NCBI GenBank assembly: GCA_965197805.1
Contig: OZ240229.1
Span: forward strand, 2,596,445 to 2,660,444
Source: Dehalococcoidia bacterium
GTDB taxonomy: Bacteria > Chloroflexota > Dehalococcoidia > Lucifugimonadales > JAAXIE01
Length of the DNA stretch: 64,000 bases
Reading direction: 5' to 3'
Positions within the stretch are counted from its first letter, which is position 1; every line of letters begins with the position of its first letter. The notes under the pieces were generated by a model. The model made no database searches. It worked only from the letters and a program-made list of their open reading frames with translations, and was not told the origin of the DNA. The position numbers and the translations under genes were made by a program. Shown piece after piece: positions 9,503-20,700 of this stretch.

Positions 9503-10378
9503 ATGCAGCAAGTCACGAGCAATGTTTTTGCCGAGACCGAGTGTCGTGGTTGCAACTTCGGCTACTTGGTTACCTCTGATGGGCTGGTTATGTTCGACAG
9601 CCCGCACAAGCCCAGCGACGCCCTGCGGCTGAAGGCCGAGATGGAGTCCAAGGGGCCCCTCCGCTATATCATCAATACCGAGCCCCACGCCGACCACTGG
9701 TCGGGGAACGGCTTTTTCGACGCTCCCGTCATTGCGCAAGAGGGAGTGCTGACGCGCATACAGAATACCGACATGACGGAGCATGTGCGCCGTGTTGGGC
9801 TTTTCGGACCCGATGAGCCGGCCCTGCTGGAGGACTACGAGGCCAACGCACCCCTGATCACCTTCAAGAACGGCATGACCCTGCATGTGGGCAACCATAC
9901 CATCGAAATGATTCATATGCCGGGACATACCCTCTATCAGGCTGCGGTCTGCATCAAGGAAGAGGGCGTGGTGTGGACCAGCGACAACATCTTCCGCAGT
10001 GTGCAGACTTGGATACACGAGGGCAACCCTGACCTGTGGCTCACCGCGCTTGAGTCGCTGCGCAAGCTGGATGAGGACATCTTTGTTCCGGGGCACGGCG
10101 AGCTTTGCGACAAGGGCTACCTGAACGAGCAGTCCGCCTTGGTGCAGGAGTGGAAGGAGTACGTGAAGGGCGGCATCGAGCGAGGCATGACCAAGGACGA
10201 GGCAGTGGCCAACCTGACCGACCTGACCAATCGCTACCCCATGGACGTGGGACAGGACGGCATGGCCCCCGTGGTGATGCGCATGAACGTCGCCAATCTG
10301 TACAACTACCTTACGGGCAGCTGGCCGGCTCCCGAGCCCCCCAATTTCGCCGACTTCGCCAACCTGCCGGCAAGATAG
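9503..10378 (+). CDS. MBL-fold metallo-hydrolase (cyclase-like)
   Basis: TEPHADHWSGN, HMPGHT, SDNIF, VPGHG. Confidence 0.88.
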   Translation: MQQVTSNVFAETECRGCNFGYLVTSDGLVMFDSPHKPSDALRLKAEMESKGPLRYIINTEPHADHWSGNGFFDAPVIAQEGVLTRIQNTDMTEHVRRVGLFGPDEPALLEDYEANAPLITFKNGMTLHVGNHTIEMIHMPGHTLYQAAVCIKEEGVVWTSDNIFRSVQTWIHEGNPDLWLTALESLRKLDEDIFVPGHGELCDKGYLNEQSALVQEWKEYVKGGIERGMTKDEAVANLTDLTNRYPMDVGQDGMAPVVMRMNVANLYNYLTGSWPAPEPPNFADFANLPAR

Positions 10379-10392
10379 GCCGGCAGAGGTCC

Positions 10393-11505
10393 ATGACTAC
10401 GGCTTCTCCCCTTAATCGCACGGGCCTGTTCCAAGGTCATGTCGATATAGGGGCGAAAATGGTGCCTTTTGCCGGGTGGGAGATGCCTTTGCAGTACAAA
10501 GGCATCCTCGCCGAGGCGAGGGCTGTGCGCGTCGGAGCGGGCATTTTTGACGTCTCACACATGGGCCGGCTGTTCATCTCAGGCAGCCAATCCGAAGCCC
10601 TTCTCGGCCGGATACTCACCGCCAATGTGCCCGGCTTGGCGCAAGGGCGCTGCCGCTACTGCATGATATGCAACGAAGCGGGCGGCATTATCGATGACGT
10701 GGTGATTGCCCGCCTTGCAGAGGAGCGCTTTCTGTTGGTGTGCAACGCCTCCAACAGGGAGACGGTGGTGCAGTGGACTCAGGCACTAATGAGGGATGGC
10801 CTGTCGGACGTCCTCTTGGACGACCGCACCACGGCAACTGCTCTGATCGCGCTGCAAGGACCGTTTGCCGAGGGCATCCTGCTATCTCTCCTGGGTCAGG
10901 ATGCTTTGGAGGGCGCGGTAACCCGGCCTTTCGGTATTGTGGAAGCGACCATCAACGATAGTGACGCCCTGATAAGTCGTACCGGCTACACGGGAGAGGA
11001 CGGCGTGGAACTGGTGGTCGGGGCCGACCAAGGGCCGCGGGTATGGGCCCAACTGATGGAGCTTGGGGCAGTGCCCTGTGGCTTGGGCGCACGTGACGTG
11101 CTGCGTTTGGAAGCGGGTCTCCGACTGCACGGGAGCGATATGGACGCGGCCGTCACACCCTTGGAAGCTGGCCTGAAACGCTATGTGCATATGGACGGCG
11201 ACTTCATCGGTTGCGACGCCTTGCAGGAACAACAGGAAAGAGGTCTGACACGACAGTTGGTGGGCCTAAGCTTGCGAGGCCGCTCCGTGGCCCGTCATGG
11301 TTTCCGACTGCTGCACCAAGGCGAAGCGGTGGGAGTGGTCACGAGCGGCACCTTCTCTCCTACTCTCAGCGCCAGTATCGCCATGGGCTACGTGCCCCCG
11401 GAACTGTCGGAGGCAGGGCAACTGCTGGACGTGGAGATTCGGGGCGAGCCGGTGCAGGTGGAGGTAACCTCCTTGCCCTTTTACTCAAGGAAGCGACCGT
11501 CCTGA
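10393..11505 (+). CDS. gcvT: Glycine cleavage system aminomethyltransferase T
   Basis: FAGWEMPLQY, FDVSHMG, SRTGYTGEDG, GLGARDVLRLEAG, TSGTFSPTL. Start placed at ATG 10393. Confidence 0.95.
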   Translation: MTTASPLNRTGLFQGHVDIGAKMVPFAGWEMPLQYKGILAEARAVRVGAGIFDVSHMGRLFISGSQSEALLGRILTANVPGLAQGRCRYCMICNEAGGIIDDVVIARLAEERFLLVCNASNRETVVQWTQALMRDGLSDVLLDDRTTATALIALQGPFAEGILLSLLGQDALEGAVTRPFGIVEATINDSDALISRTGYTGEDGVELVVGADQGPRVWAQLMELGAVPCGLGARDVLRLEAGLRLHGSDMDAAVTPLEAGLKRYVHMDGDFIGCDALQEQQERGLTRQLVGLSLRGRSVARHGFRLLHQGEAVGVVTSGTFSPTLSASIAMGYVPPELSEAGQLLDVEIRGEPVQVEVTSLPFYSRKRPS

Positions 11506-11527
11506 TGGACGTAGGCGGAAGACAACT

Positions 11528-12865
11528 ATGGTAGACCTTGGTATAGACAGTGCCCCGCGGTTCCACTATCTACCCACGACGGAGGACGACCGGGCTGCAA
11601 TGTTGCAGGCCATAGGCGCCGCCGACCTCGATGACCTTTTCGCTGACATTCCAGCCGACTACCGGAACCCCACACTAGACCTGCCCGGACCTCTATCGGA
11701 ACTGGAGTTACGTCGTGAGATGGAGGCGTATGCCTCCCGTAACCGGCATGCTGGTGAATACGCCTGTTTCCTGGGAGCGGGGGCCTATAACCATTTCGCG
11801 CCCAGCGTTGTGCGAGCCATCATCAGCCGGGGCGAGTTTCTCACCTCATACACTCCCTACCAGCCTGAAATCAGCCAAGGGACGCTGCAGGTCACGTATG
11901 AGTTCCAGTCGATGATATGCAGCATCTATGACATGGAGGTCGCCAACGCTGGGCTCTACGATGGGGCCAGCGCCTTGGCCGAGGCTGCTCTGATGGCATG
12001 TCGTGTCACCGGCCGCACTCTGATAGGGGCCTGCAATACCCTCTCACCTGCCTATCGCGAGGTGCTGGAGACCTACTGCGTGCCTCAAGGCTTGGAAATC
12101 AGCACGGTAGACCCCGAAGCTACGGAGTTGAACACACACACGGCCTGCTTGGTATCGCAGTACCCCAACTTCTTTGGCCAACTGGAAGACTTGGCCCGCT
12201 ACCGTCGCATGTCCGACGCCGTAGCAGCGCTGATGCTGGTGTCTGCCGACCCTGTGGCAATGGCCATGCTCAAACCTCCTGGGGCATTCGGAGCGGACAT
12301 CGTGACGGGCGAGGGCCAAGCCCTCGGTCTGCCTCCGAGCTTTGGAGGGCCTTACGTCGGCCTCTTTTCCACTCGCCAAGCACTGCTGCGACAGATGCCG
12401 GGCCGTCTCGCGGGGCGCACCACGGACCGCGATGGACGCCCGGGTTTTGTGCTGACCCTCAGCACTCGCGAGCAGCACATCCGACGGGAGCGAGCCACGA
12501 GCAACATATGCACAAACCAAGCTCTTATGGCGTTGGCGGCTACTGTCTACACCGCGGCATTAGGGAAGCGCGGGCTGCGACAGGTTGCGGAGCAGGCCTA
12601 CCATAAGGCCCACTACGCCGCGGACCGCATAGCCTCTTTGCCCGGCTACTCGCTGCCCCTGCAGGGAACTTTCGCTTTCGAATTCCCCATCACCTGCCCG
12701 GCCCTTCCACGTGACATCAACACCCACTTACTGGAGCACGGGATCATCGGGGGTCTCGATATAGGAGACCGCTTCCCCAACGGGATACTGCTCTGCGTGA
12801 CCGAGGTGAATACCAAGGAAGAAATCGATGCCTTGGTGGATGCCTTGGTGGAGTTCAAGCCATGA
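11528..12865 (+). CDS. gcvPA: Glycine dehydrogenase subunit 1
   Basis: FLGAGAY, YTPYQPEISQG, REQHIRRERATSNICTNQ. Confidence 0.95.
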   Translation: MVDLGIDSAPRFHYLPTTEDDRAAMLQAIGAADLDDLFADIPADYRNPTLDLPGPLSELELRREMEAYASRNRHAGEYACFLGAGAYNHFAPSVVRAIISRGEFLTSYTPYQPEISQGTLQVTYEFQSMICSIYDMEVANAGLYDGASALAEAALMACRVTGRTLIGACNTLSPAYREVLETYCVPQGLEISTVDPEATELNTHTACLVSQYPNFFGQLEDLARYRRMSDAVAALMLVSADPVAMAMLKPPGAFGADIVTGEGQALGLPPSFGGPYVGLFSTRQALLRQMPGRLAGRTTDRDGRPGFVLTLSTREQHIRRERATSNICTNQALMALAATVYTAALGKRGLRQVAEQAYHKAHYAADRIASLPGYSLPLQGTFAFEFPITCPALPRDINTHLLEHGIIGGLDIGDRFPNGILLCVTEVNTKEEIDALVDALVEFKP

Positions 12866-14319
12866 GCGCACCATTGAACGCGGACAACCTGCCCCTACTT
12901 ATGGAACAGAGCGTCCCCGGCAGGGCTGGAGCGATTCTGCCTCCTCTGGACGTGCCAGCCCATGAACTCCCTGATGCTTCGTTGCTTCGGGACGACCTGC
13001 AACTGCCCGAAGTGACCGAACCGCAAGTGGTGCGCTACTTCACGCTGCTGAGCCAGCGGAATTTCGGCATCGACACCCACTTCTACCCGCTGGGCAGTTG
13101 CAGCATGAAGTACAACCCCAAGGTCAACGACGAGATGGCATTCCTCCCCGGCATGGCCAGAATCCACCCGTCTCAGACTGACGACACGGTGCAGGGAGCC
13201 CTGGCCCTGATGCACCAGCTTCAGGCGTACTTGGCGGAAATCACCGGCATGAACGGCACCAGTCTAGCCCCGCTGGCGGGCGCCCACGGCGAGCTGGCGG
13301 GGATGTTGATGGTGCGGGCCTGCCTGCGGGACCGGGGGGAGGGCCAGCGCAACATCGTCGCCATTCCGGACAGTGCCCACGGCACCAATCCTGCCTCGGC
13401 AGCCATGGCTGGGTTCGACGTGGTGTCGGTAGCCTCGGACAGCGACGGCAATATGGATGTCCGCGCGTTGGAGGATGTGGCCGACGACAGGTTGGCAGCA
13501 GTCATGCTCACGCTGCCCAACACTCTGGGGCTGTTCGACACCAACATCCTCGAGTTGTGCCAGACGGTGCACAATGCGGGTGGACTGGTATATGGCGACG
13601 GGGCCAACATGAACGCGATGCTGGGCCGCGCCAAGCCTGCTCACCTCGGCTTCGACGTAGTGCACCTTAACCTGCACAAGACTTTCAGCACGCCTCACGG
13701 GGGCGGCGGACCTGGCGCTGGACCCGTGTGCGTCGGAGAGACTCTGCTCCCTTACCTGCCTGCGCCGGTGGTGCAACAGGACTCCGAGGGCTATCACCTA
13801 AGACGTCCGGAAAGGACTATCGGCAAGCTGAGCGGGCATCACGGGAACTTTGGTGTGCTGGTACGGGCCTACTCATACATGCGGACCCTCGGCAACACTG
13901 GCCTGAAGCAGGTGTCGGGCGATGCAGTGCTTCACGCCAACTACCTGCTCAGCTCGCTGCGTGACACCTTTGACCTAGCCTACGACCGCACCTGCATGCA
14001 CGAGGTCATATTCTCCGCAAGTAGCCAGGCCCACACCGGAGTGAAGGGCTTGGACATCGCAAAGCGTCTGCTGGACTACGGGTTCCATGCGCCCACAATG
14101 TATTTCCCTCTGATCGTGCACGAAGCGCTGATGATCGAGCCTACCGAGACAGAGAGCAAGGAGACCCTCGATGCCTTCATCGATGCCATGAAGGCAATCG
14201 CCGGCGAGGTGGAGGACGACCCATCACTGGTGAAGACGGCCCCTCACAACACGCCTGTTTCCCGTTTGGACGAGGCCACGGCATCGAGGCGTCCCAACTT
14301 GCGCTGGCACGCCTCCTAG
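12862..14319 (+). CDS. gcvPB: Glycine dehydrogenase subunit 2
   Basis: YPLGSCSMKYNP, HGTNPAS, NLHKTFSTPHGGGGPG, EPTETESKE. Confidence 0.95.
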   Translation: MSAPLNADNLPLLMEQSVPGRAGAILPPLDVPAHELPDASLLRDDLQLPEVTEPQVVRYFTLLSQRNFGIDTHFYPLGSCSMKYNPKVNDEMAFLPGMARIHPSQTDDTVQGALALMHQLQAYLAEITGMNGTSLAPLAGAHGELAGMLMVRACLRDRGEGQRNIVAIPDSAHGTNPASAAMAGFDVVSVASDSDGNMDVRALEDVADDRLAAVMLTLPNTLGLFDTNILELCQTVHNAGGLVYGDGANMNAMLGRAKPAHLGFDVVHLNLHKTFSTPHGGGGPGAGPVCVGETLLPYLPAPVVQQDSEGYHLRRPERTIGKLSGHHGNFGVLVRAYSYMRTLGNTGLKQVSGDAVLHANYLLSSLRDTFDLAYDRTCMHEVIFSASSQAHTGVKGLDIAKRLLDYGFHAPTMYFPLIVHEALMIEPTETESKETLDAFIDAMKAIAGEVEDDPSLVKTAPHNTPVSRLDEATASRRPNLRWHAS

Positions 14320-14385
14320 GCGACGGCCCACCTTGGGCAGCCACTCTGACCTGACCGATTTGGCGTGCAGACCAGCGACTGAACC

Positions 14386-17300
14386 GTGAACTCGCTGCGG
14401 CTGTTACGGTGGCTACTGCCTAGGCGGCTGAAGTCCTCTTGGCAACTTCTGACCGTCAGTGCTTTCGGGATTTTGGCTGCTGCCACTGTGCTATCAGTGG
14501 GGGCGGTTTATTCTCAAGCCCTTTCCGAAGGGGGACTGCGCCACACCCTAGCCTCCTCTGTGCAATGGGTGTTGAACGCGCAGGTGTTGGCGCAAGACCG
14601 ACCCTTAGCCCCCGGCGACTATCCCAAGCTACGCAACACAGTGGAAAGCATTGCCGACTCACGCTTGGGCTACCTGACGGAGAGCATGGAGCGCTTGGGC
14701 AACACGCCGGCCCACATGCCCATGCTCGTCGGTCCACAGGTGCGCGAACCGGAGCCAGAAGACCCTCTCGGCAAAATGTTCTTCCTGACGGGGTTCGAGG
14801 AGCATTCACGGTTGGTCGCGGGCAGGTGGCCTGAGGCAGAGCCGGTCCTCCACGACAAGGGTGTAGTCATGGAGACGGTGATGGGGAGCGGCGCGGCGGG
14901 CGGGCTGGCCTTGGGCGTAGGCTCCGAAGTCAACCTCCTCCCCTTTCCCTCGAGCCCCACAGAGCGTGTGACTCTGCATGTTGTCGGTATAGCGGAGCCC
15001 ATCAACCGGCGCGACGAGTACTGGCTGGGCTACACCTCGCACTTCGAGCTCAGCGGCGTGGAGCCCATCGAGGTCCCCTTCTTTGTACGTGAGCAGGACT
15101 TCTTTGGCGGACTCGGGCAGCGCTATCCGACACTGATCGGCAATTTTGGTTGGTACTTGTACCTTAACGTCGGCAGCCTGACGACGGCCGACATAGAGCG
15201 CACCCGGAACGCTCTACATGGGTTGGAGTTGGATATCAACCGGATATACCCGCGGTCCATCATTACCAGCGGGCTTGAAAACAGGTTCCAACACTACGAG
15301 CGTAAGCTGACCCTAGCCCGGGTGCCCCTGTTCCTGTTCATCTCACTGGTCGCGTTGGTCACCCTGTACTTCCTAGCTGTGGCAACGGGCTTCCTGTCGG
15401 CGCGACGCCGTGAAGAGGCCAGTCTGTTGCGCAGCCGCGGTGCCAGCGCGTCACAGATTGGGGGGCTGCTCATGGCAGCAGAGGGCGTGATTGCCCTCGT
15501 CGCAATTGCCATCGGCCCGTTTCTAGCCCTGCTGGTGGTGCGGGGGATATTGGTCCGAACAATCAACCCGTTGCAGGTGGGTCAGGACCCGTTGGTCATC
15601 GGTCTGTCGGCGGAAGCGTTCATACTTTCAGCAGTGGGAGGCGTCCTCAGCCTGCTGGTGCTCCTGTTCTCGGAGATCCGGCTGATGCGCCTCGGCGTGG
15701 TGGACTACCTGCGCGAGCGTGCCCGGCCTCCCAGTGTGCCCTTTTTGCAGCGCTATTACATCGACTTCCTAGCAGTGGGAGCGCTGGGACTGCTGTGGTG
15801 GCAGATACAAGGACGGGGCGGCTTTCTGGACCGGGACCTCTTGGGACGCGCATTGGACGTGGACCCAACCCTGCTCTTCGGCCCAGCCTTGGTTGTGCTC
15901 ACGGCAGCACTGCTGATGTTACGGGTGATGCCCCTTGTAGTGCGGTTTCTGGCGTGGTCCGCGGTCCGCGCGGGCCCTGCTTGGCTGGGGCTTGCCCTGT
16001 CGAGGGTGGCCCGCGACCCGCTGCCCTATGGTTCCTTGGTAATCATCCTGATGATGGCCTCGACGTTGGGGGTATTTGGGGCAGTGTTCCAATCGAGCTT
16101 GTCGCAGAGCCAGCGGGAACAGCGGCAGTACGCCATCGGAGGAGATGTGGTGGTCGACGCCAATCCTCTCAATGTTGGGGCGGAATTGGCGCTTAACGAA
16201 TCGGAGGTGCCGCGTGTCGTGAGCCCAATGATGCGCGAGGCACTTCTCCTGTACGATGGCTTTGCCATCTCACCTGCTGCGGCGTTGGTGGTCGACTCGA
16301 CTACGCTGGCTGAGACGGCTTGGTTCCGCAAAAGCTTCGCTGGCAAGGAGTTGGATGAGTTGCTGATCCCGCTCCACCCGCCGGACTTCCGATTTCTGGG
16401 GGCAGACAAGGACCCGCGGCAGGGAATCCTGATACCCGCTGAAGCGCAAAGGTTGGGCCTTTGGGCTAGGGGGGAGAACTTGGGCATAGACCCCACCGGC
16501 AGGGACGTCCGAGTATGGGCTAGGTTGGTTGACTCGGCAGGCTTTCGTCGCGACGTGCGCTGGGGTAACCTGAGACGTACAGAGGAATTGGAGGAAGGCG
16601 AGGGGCTTGGCGGCTGGACCTATCTGGAGACTGCGCTGCCCGCGCCATCACGTTCGTTCAACCCCCCGTATCGAATCATCGCCGTCTTCATGAGCCGGAC
16701 TGCTTTCACGCAGACCCCGCCGGGGAGCCTGAGTTTAGACGAAATCACGGTCAAGGGAGCGGGGTTGCCCTCGCGAGGACTGGTGATCGAGGGCTTCGAT
16801 GAGCCGGGCTTGTGGGGGGCCATGAACCAAGGCGGGCCGGAGGGCGACAGGGTGGAACTGGTGTTGCCTGAGGAAGAGGGCGAACGCAGCATGCTGACCC
16901 TGTCGTGGCAGGAGCCTCTGACCTCTGCGGTGAGAGGCGTGGTCATACCACCCGGCCCTTGGCCAATACCGGTCATCGGTGGCCCCATGATGAAGCGGGG
17001 TACCGAGACCGTGATGGAGGTCGACGAACGCCGAGTTCCCATCGTGGTGCAGGACACCACTGAATTCTTCCCCACTCTCACGCCCGGTTTCCGCCCCTTT
17101 GTGATCATTCCTTTGAATGCCTACCTGTCGTACTTGGACCGCATACCTGGAGGCAACCCCAAGAGGGCCCACGTGTTCTGGCTGGCCTTGCACGAAGACC
17201 AAGACCGAGCGGAGGCCATCCGCACACTGCGTCAAGAGCTACCGCCCTCGGCGCTGATACGGGACCGGGAGGCGGCAGTCGATCGTGCCCAACGCGACCC

Positions 17301-17733
17301 GTTGGCTGGTGGTGGATGGGCGGGTCTGACCATCCTTAGTGTGAGCGCCTTGGCTGTGGCTGCCATCCTTGTGCTGGGGGCCCATGCAGCTATCTCCGTA
17401 TACCGTGGCGCTGTGGACCTCACGGTTGTGGGAGCTCTCGGTATCTCGAAACGTCAGGTGATGCTGGGCCTAGTGCTGGAGCGGGCTCTCGTAGCCGTAC
17501 TGGGCATCGGCTCAGGTGTCGCCTTGGGCTTGGCTCTTGGCCCTTGGGTGCTGGGCTACCTAGACATCACCCCCACGGGGCGGGACCTGTTGCCGCCCAT
17601 GGAGGTCACAGCCCAAGCCTGGCTCATCGGCCTCACCTTCGCCGAACTGGCTTTTGCTCTCGCAGTGGCAGTAGCCATCGCGGTCATATCTGCGGGACGC
17701 CTCAAGGCTGCCGATGTGCTGAGGACTTCATAA
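14386..17733 (+). CDS. Large FtsX/MacB-like ABC permease
   Basis: Two FtsX-like TM blocks (RREEASLLRSRGAS; VVGALGISKRQ) separated by large extracytoplasmic regions. 1115 aa. Confidence 0.85.
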   Translation: MNSLRLLRWLLPRRLKSSWQLLTVSAFGILAAATVLSVGAVYSQALSEGGLRHTLASSVQWVLNAQVLAQDRPLAPGDYPKLRNTVESIADSRLGYLTESMERLGNTPAHMPMLVGPQVREPEPEDPLGKMFFLTGFEEHSRLVAGRWPEAEPVLHDKGVVMETVMGSGAAGGLALGVGSEVNLLPFPSSPTERVTLHVVGIAEPINRRDEYWLGYTSHFELSGVEPIEVPFFVREQDFFGGLGQRYPTLIGNFGWYLYLNVGSLTTADIERTRNALHGLELDINRIYPRSIITSGLENRFQHYERKLTLARVPLFLFISLVALVTLYFLAVATGFLSARRREEASLLRSRGASASQIGGLLMAAEGVIALVAIAIGPFLALLVVRGILVRTINPLQVGQDPLVIGLSAEAFILSAVGGVLSLLVLLFSEIRLMRLGVVDYLRERARPPSVPFLQRYYIDFLAVGALGLLWWQIQGRGGFLDRDLLGRALDVDPTLLFGPALVVLTAALLMLRVMPLVVRFLAWSAVRAGPAWLGLALSRVARDPLPYGSLVIILMMASTLGVFGAVFQSSLSQSQREQRQYAIGGDVVVDANPLNVGAELALNESEVPRVVSPMMREALLLYDGFAISPAAALVVDSTTLAETAWFRKSFAGKELDELLIPLHPPDFRFLGADKDPRQGILIPAEAQRLGLWARGENLGIDPTGRDVRVWARLVDSAGFRRDVRWGNLRRTEELEEGEGLGGWTYLETALPAPSRSFNPPYRIIAVFMSRTAFTQTPPGSLSLDEITVKGAGLPSRGLVIEGFDEPGLWGAMNQGGPEGDRVELVLPEEEGERSMLTLSWQEPLTSAVRGVVIPPGPWPIPVIGGPMMKRGTETVMEVDERRVPIVVQDTTEFFPTLTPGFRPFVIIPLNAYLSYLDRIPGGNPKRAHVFWLALHEDQDRAEAIRTLRQELPPSALIRDREAAVDRAQRDPLAGGGWAGLTILSVSALAVAAILVLGAHAAISVYRGAVDLTVVGALGISKRQVMLGLVLERALVAVLGIGSGVALGLALGPWVLGYLDITPTGRDLLPPMEVTAQAWLIGLTFAELAFALAVAVAIAVISAGRLKAADVLRTS

Positions 17734-17734
17734 G

Positions 17735-20700
17735 ATGCCCTTTCGCGGTTCCAGTTTCACCTCTTTCCTGAACCTAGGATGGAACGTGGCCGCACGGCGG
17801 GCCCGAGCGAGTTGGGGACTTGAGCTGGCCCTGTTCCTGGGCATACTGCTGGCCATATCGCTGGTGTCGAGCAGCTTGGCTTTTTCCAACCTCCTAGCGG
17901 AGGCTGCGCTACGTAACGCCTTGGATGAGGCTCCTTACGAGGACACGAATATCTCCGCCCGTACCTTTTACGGGCTGGACGACCCCACGGGCGATCCTCA
18001 GATAGAGAACGACTACACCACAGCCCTGTATGTCATGCAGACCGAGGTGGCGTACCGCTTTCTGCCGTACCTAGCCGACGAAGCAAGGTTGCTCCAGAGC
18101 TCCACCTTCTACTTTTCAGGGCACGCGCACCTAGGATTCGACAGCCCGGAACGTCCTAGGGGCAAGGTGCAGCACATGACCGGGATGCTGCCGGACAAGG
18201 TGGAGATTGTGGAGGGCCGCTGGCCCTACGACGAGGAGGTGGTGGGAGCATCCCCCAACTTGGACCTTCGTGAACTCGAAGTGGCAGTCGATGTGCAGGG
18301 CTTGGAATTCTTGCAGTTGGGTGTGGGGCAAACGATGGACATCTTCCCCGCAACCGGCGTGGACCATTTGGATACGGTGCAGGTGCGCATCGTTGGAGTA
18401 TTCCGGCGCATCGACCCCACCGATGAGTTTTGGTATGGGGCGGAGAGGGCATTCAGTTTCCACAACGGCGAGTGGAAGACCACTCCCATGTTCACCACCG
18501 AAGAGGCCCTGACCACGGTTCTGGGCCGGGAATATCCGGACCTGTACAGCCAGATAACCTGGTTCTTCTATTTGGACCGCCACGGGGTGCGGACCGGGGA
18601 CCTCGACGACATTGAACGCGCCATTCGAGGGGCGGAGCACGGCATGCGTTCCGGCCTTTCCAACGGTTCTGCAACGACGCGCTTAGAGACAGTAATCGAG
18701 GACTACGACGAGCAACTGCTGCTGGCGCGCGTGCCCCTCTTCCTGATGGTCTTCCTGGTCAATGGCATACTCATGTACTACCTCGCACTAGCTTCTGGGC
18801 TTCTGCTGAAGACGCGGGCGGGCGAAATCTCGATGCTGAAGAGTCGTGGCTCAACGACGCCGCAGCTTGGGCTGCTGGCGGCTTTCGAGGGGTTGCTACT
18901 GGCAGTGCCAGCCATGGTTGTCGGCCCGTTTCTGGCGCTGCTCCTGGCCCGCCTTCTGGGGGCACTGTTCTTCGACTTTGGCCCAGTGAACGACCTGATA
19001 CCACTCTTTCCCTCTGGCTTCTCTTTCTTGGCGGGCGCCATCGGAGGCCTGATAGCAGTGTCGGTGCTTACCGTGGCCACCCTGCTGGGTTCGCGCCAGA
19101 GCATCGTGGATTACCATCAGACAGGCGCACGCCCCCCCACGACGCCCTTCCTGCAACGCTACTACCTGGACGTAGCGTTGCTGGCGATTATTGGGCTGCT
19201 GTGGTGGCAGATTCAGGCTCGGGGAGCGTTTCTGATACGACCCGTAGGCGGTGGCTTGGAACTGGATTACAGCCTGTTGCTGGGCCCCATCCTGGGGCTT
19301 GTGGCTTTGGGCCTGTTGGTAATGCGCCTGTTTCCCTTGGTGATGCGCGCTCTAGCAGCCGCAACCGCTCCTGTCTCTCCTCCTTGGCTGACCCAAGGGC
19401 TGAGACGCGTATCGCGCGACCCCGTAGTGCCTGGTGCTCTGGTGGTGTTGGTGGCCTTGGCCACAGCACTGGGGGTCATCGGCAGTTCCTTCAGTTCCAC
19501 GCTGGAACGCAGTCAAGTGGAGCGAGCTCTGTACGAGGTGGGAGCCGATGTGCGGGTACGACATTCCGGCGACAGCGTTCCCCTGGAGGAGCACCATCTG
19601 TCGGTGGCGATGCCTGAAGGTGCGGTAGTGGGCGGGGCCGATGTGCATCGCGCTGCAGGCCATCTATTGTCTCAAGGGCTGAACTCCACCCGTCTCTCCG
19701 TGCTGGCGGTGGATGCACCGGATTTCAGCGACACCGCTTGGTACCGCCCCGACTTCGCCAGCGGCGAGCCTCTGGATCTCATACTGGGAGGCATTCACTC
19801 CGATAGCCTTGCAGGTTCAGAGAGGGCCGGTCTGCTCCTGCCTGCCGACATGAACGGGCTGGCGGTGTGGGTGCGCACCGACAGAAGAATCTCGTTCGGC
19901 TCATTGCGGGCTAGGCTCAAGGACTCTCGGGGGTACCACTTCGACATGGAGTTGGGCGCTCTCAACCGCACCGGATGGCAGCGGCTGGACGGAGAGATGA
20001 CGCCCATCCCACCGACGCGACGATTCCGCCGCGCCGTTTACACCCCCCCTCCAGTCTACCCGCCCTTCACTCTGCTAGCGGTACACATATCGTCGATACG
20101 AGGGTTCGGCGAGCCGGGTCTGATCTTTATAGACCGGATTGAGGCTGATGGCCCGAGAGGGGCTACGATGGTGGCCGACGGTCGGACTCTCGCGTCTTGG
20201 CAGACCTTGGAAGACCATGCTCGACCAGGGCTGTACCAGTTGGACTTCATCGATTCGGTTTCGCAGCAGGGCGATGGAGGTTCGGCAGTTTTCAGTTGGT
20301 CAGCGGGCGGCGCAGGGCTCAAAGGCATCCGTGCGGGGCCGCCAGAACGACCGCTACGAGCGCTGGTGAGTCCCTCATTTCTGAAGGAAGTAGGCGGGAA
20401 CCAAGGAGAGGTCTTCAAGGTCGGCTTGTCCCAGTTCTCCATCGAATTGGAGGCCGTGGCAGTGGCCGATTTCTTCCCCACCTTGGAAGACCCACGGCGA
20501 CAGCCCTTTGCCGTAGTTGACCGGCAGGCCTTCGTCCAATACTCCAATGCCCATTCTCCTCGTCCCATCGGGGGTTCCAACGAATTGTGGGTGCAACTCG
20601 CCAATGAAGACGGAGAAGTTGACTTTGTCGACGCGACGCTACAGGAGAAAGGCCTCTTGGCCCGGAGTACCCTGCTGGCCTCGGAAAGGATCAGCGAGCG

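Noticed and set aside
10330-10393. Glycine riboswitch before gcvT
   Set aside because: The intergenic gap is only 14 bp and no aptamer motifs were seen.
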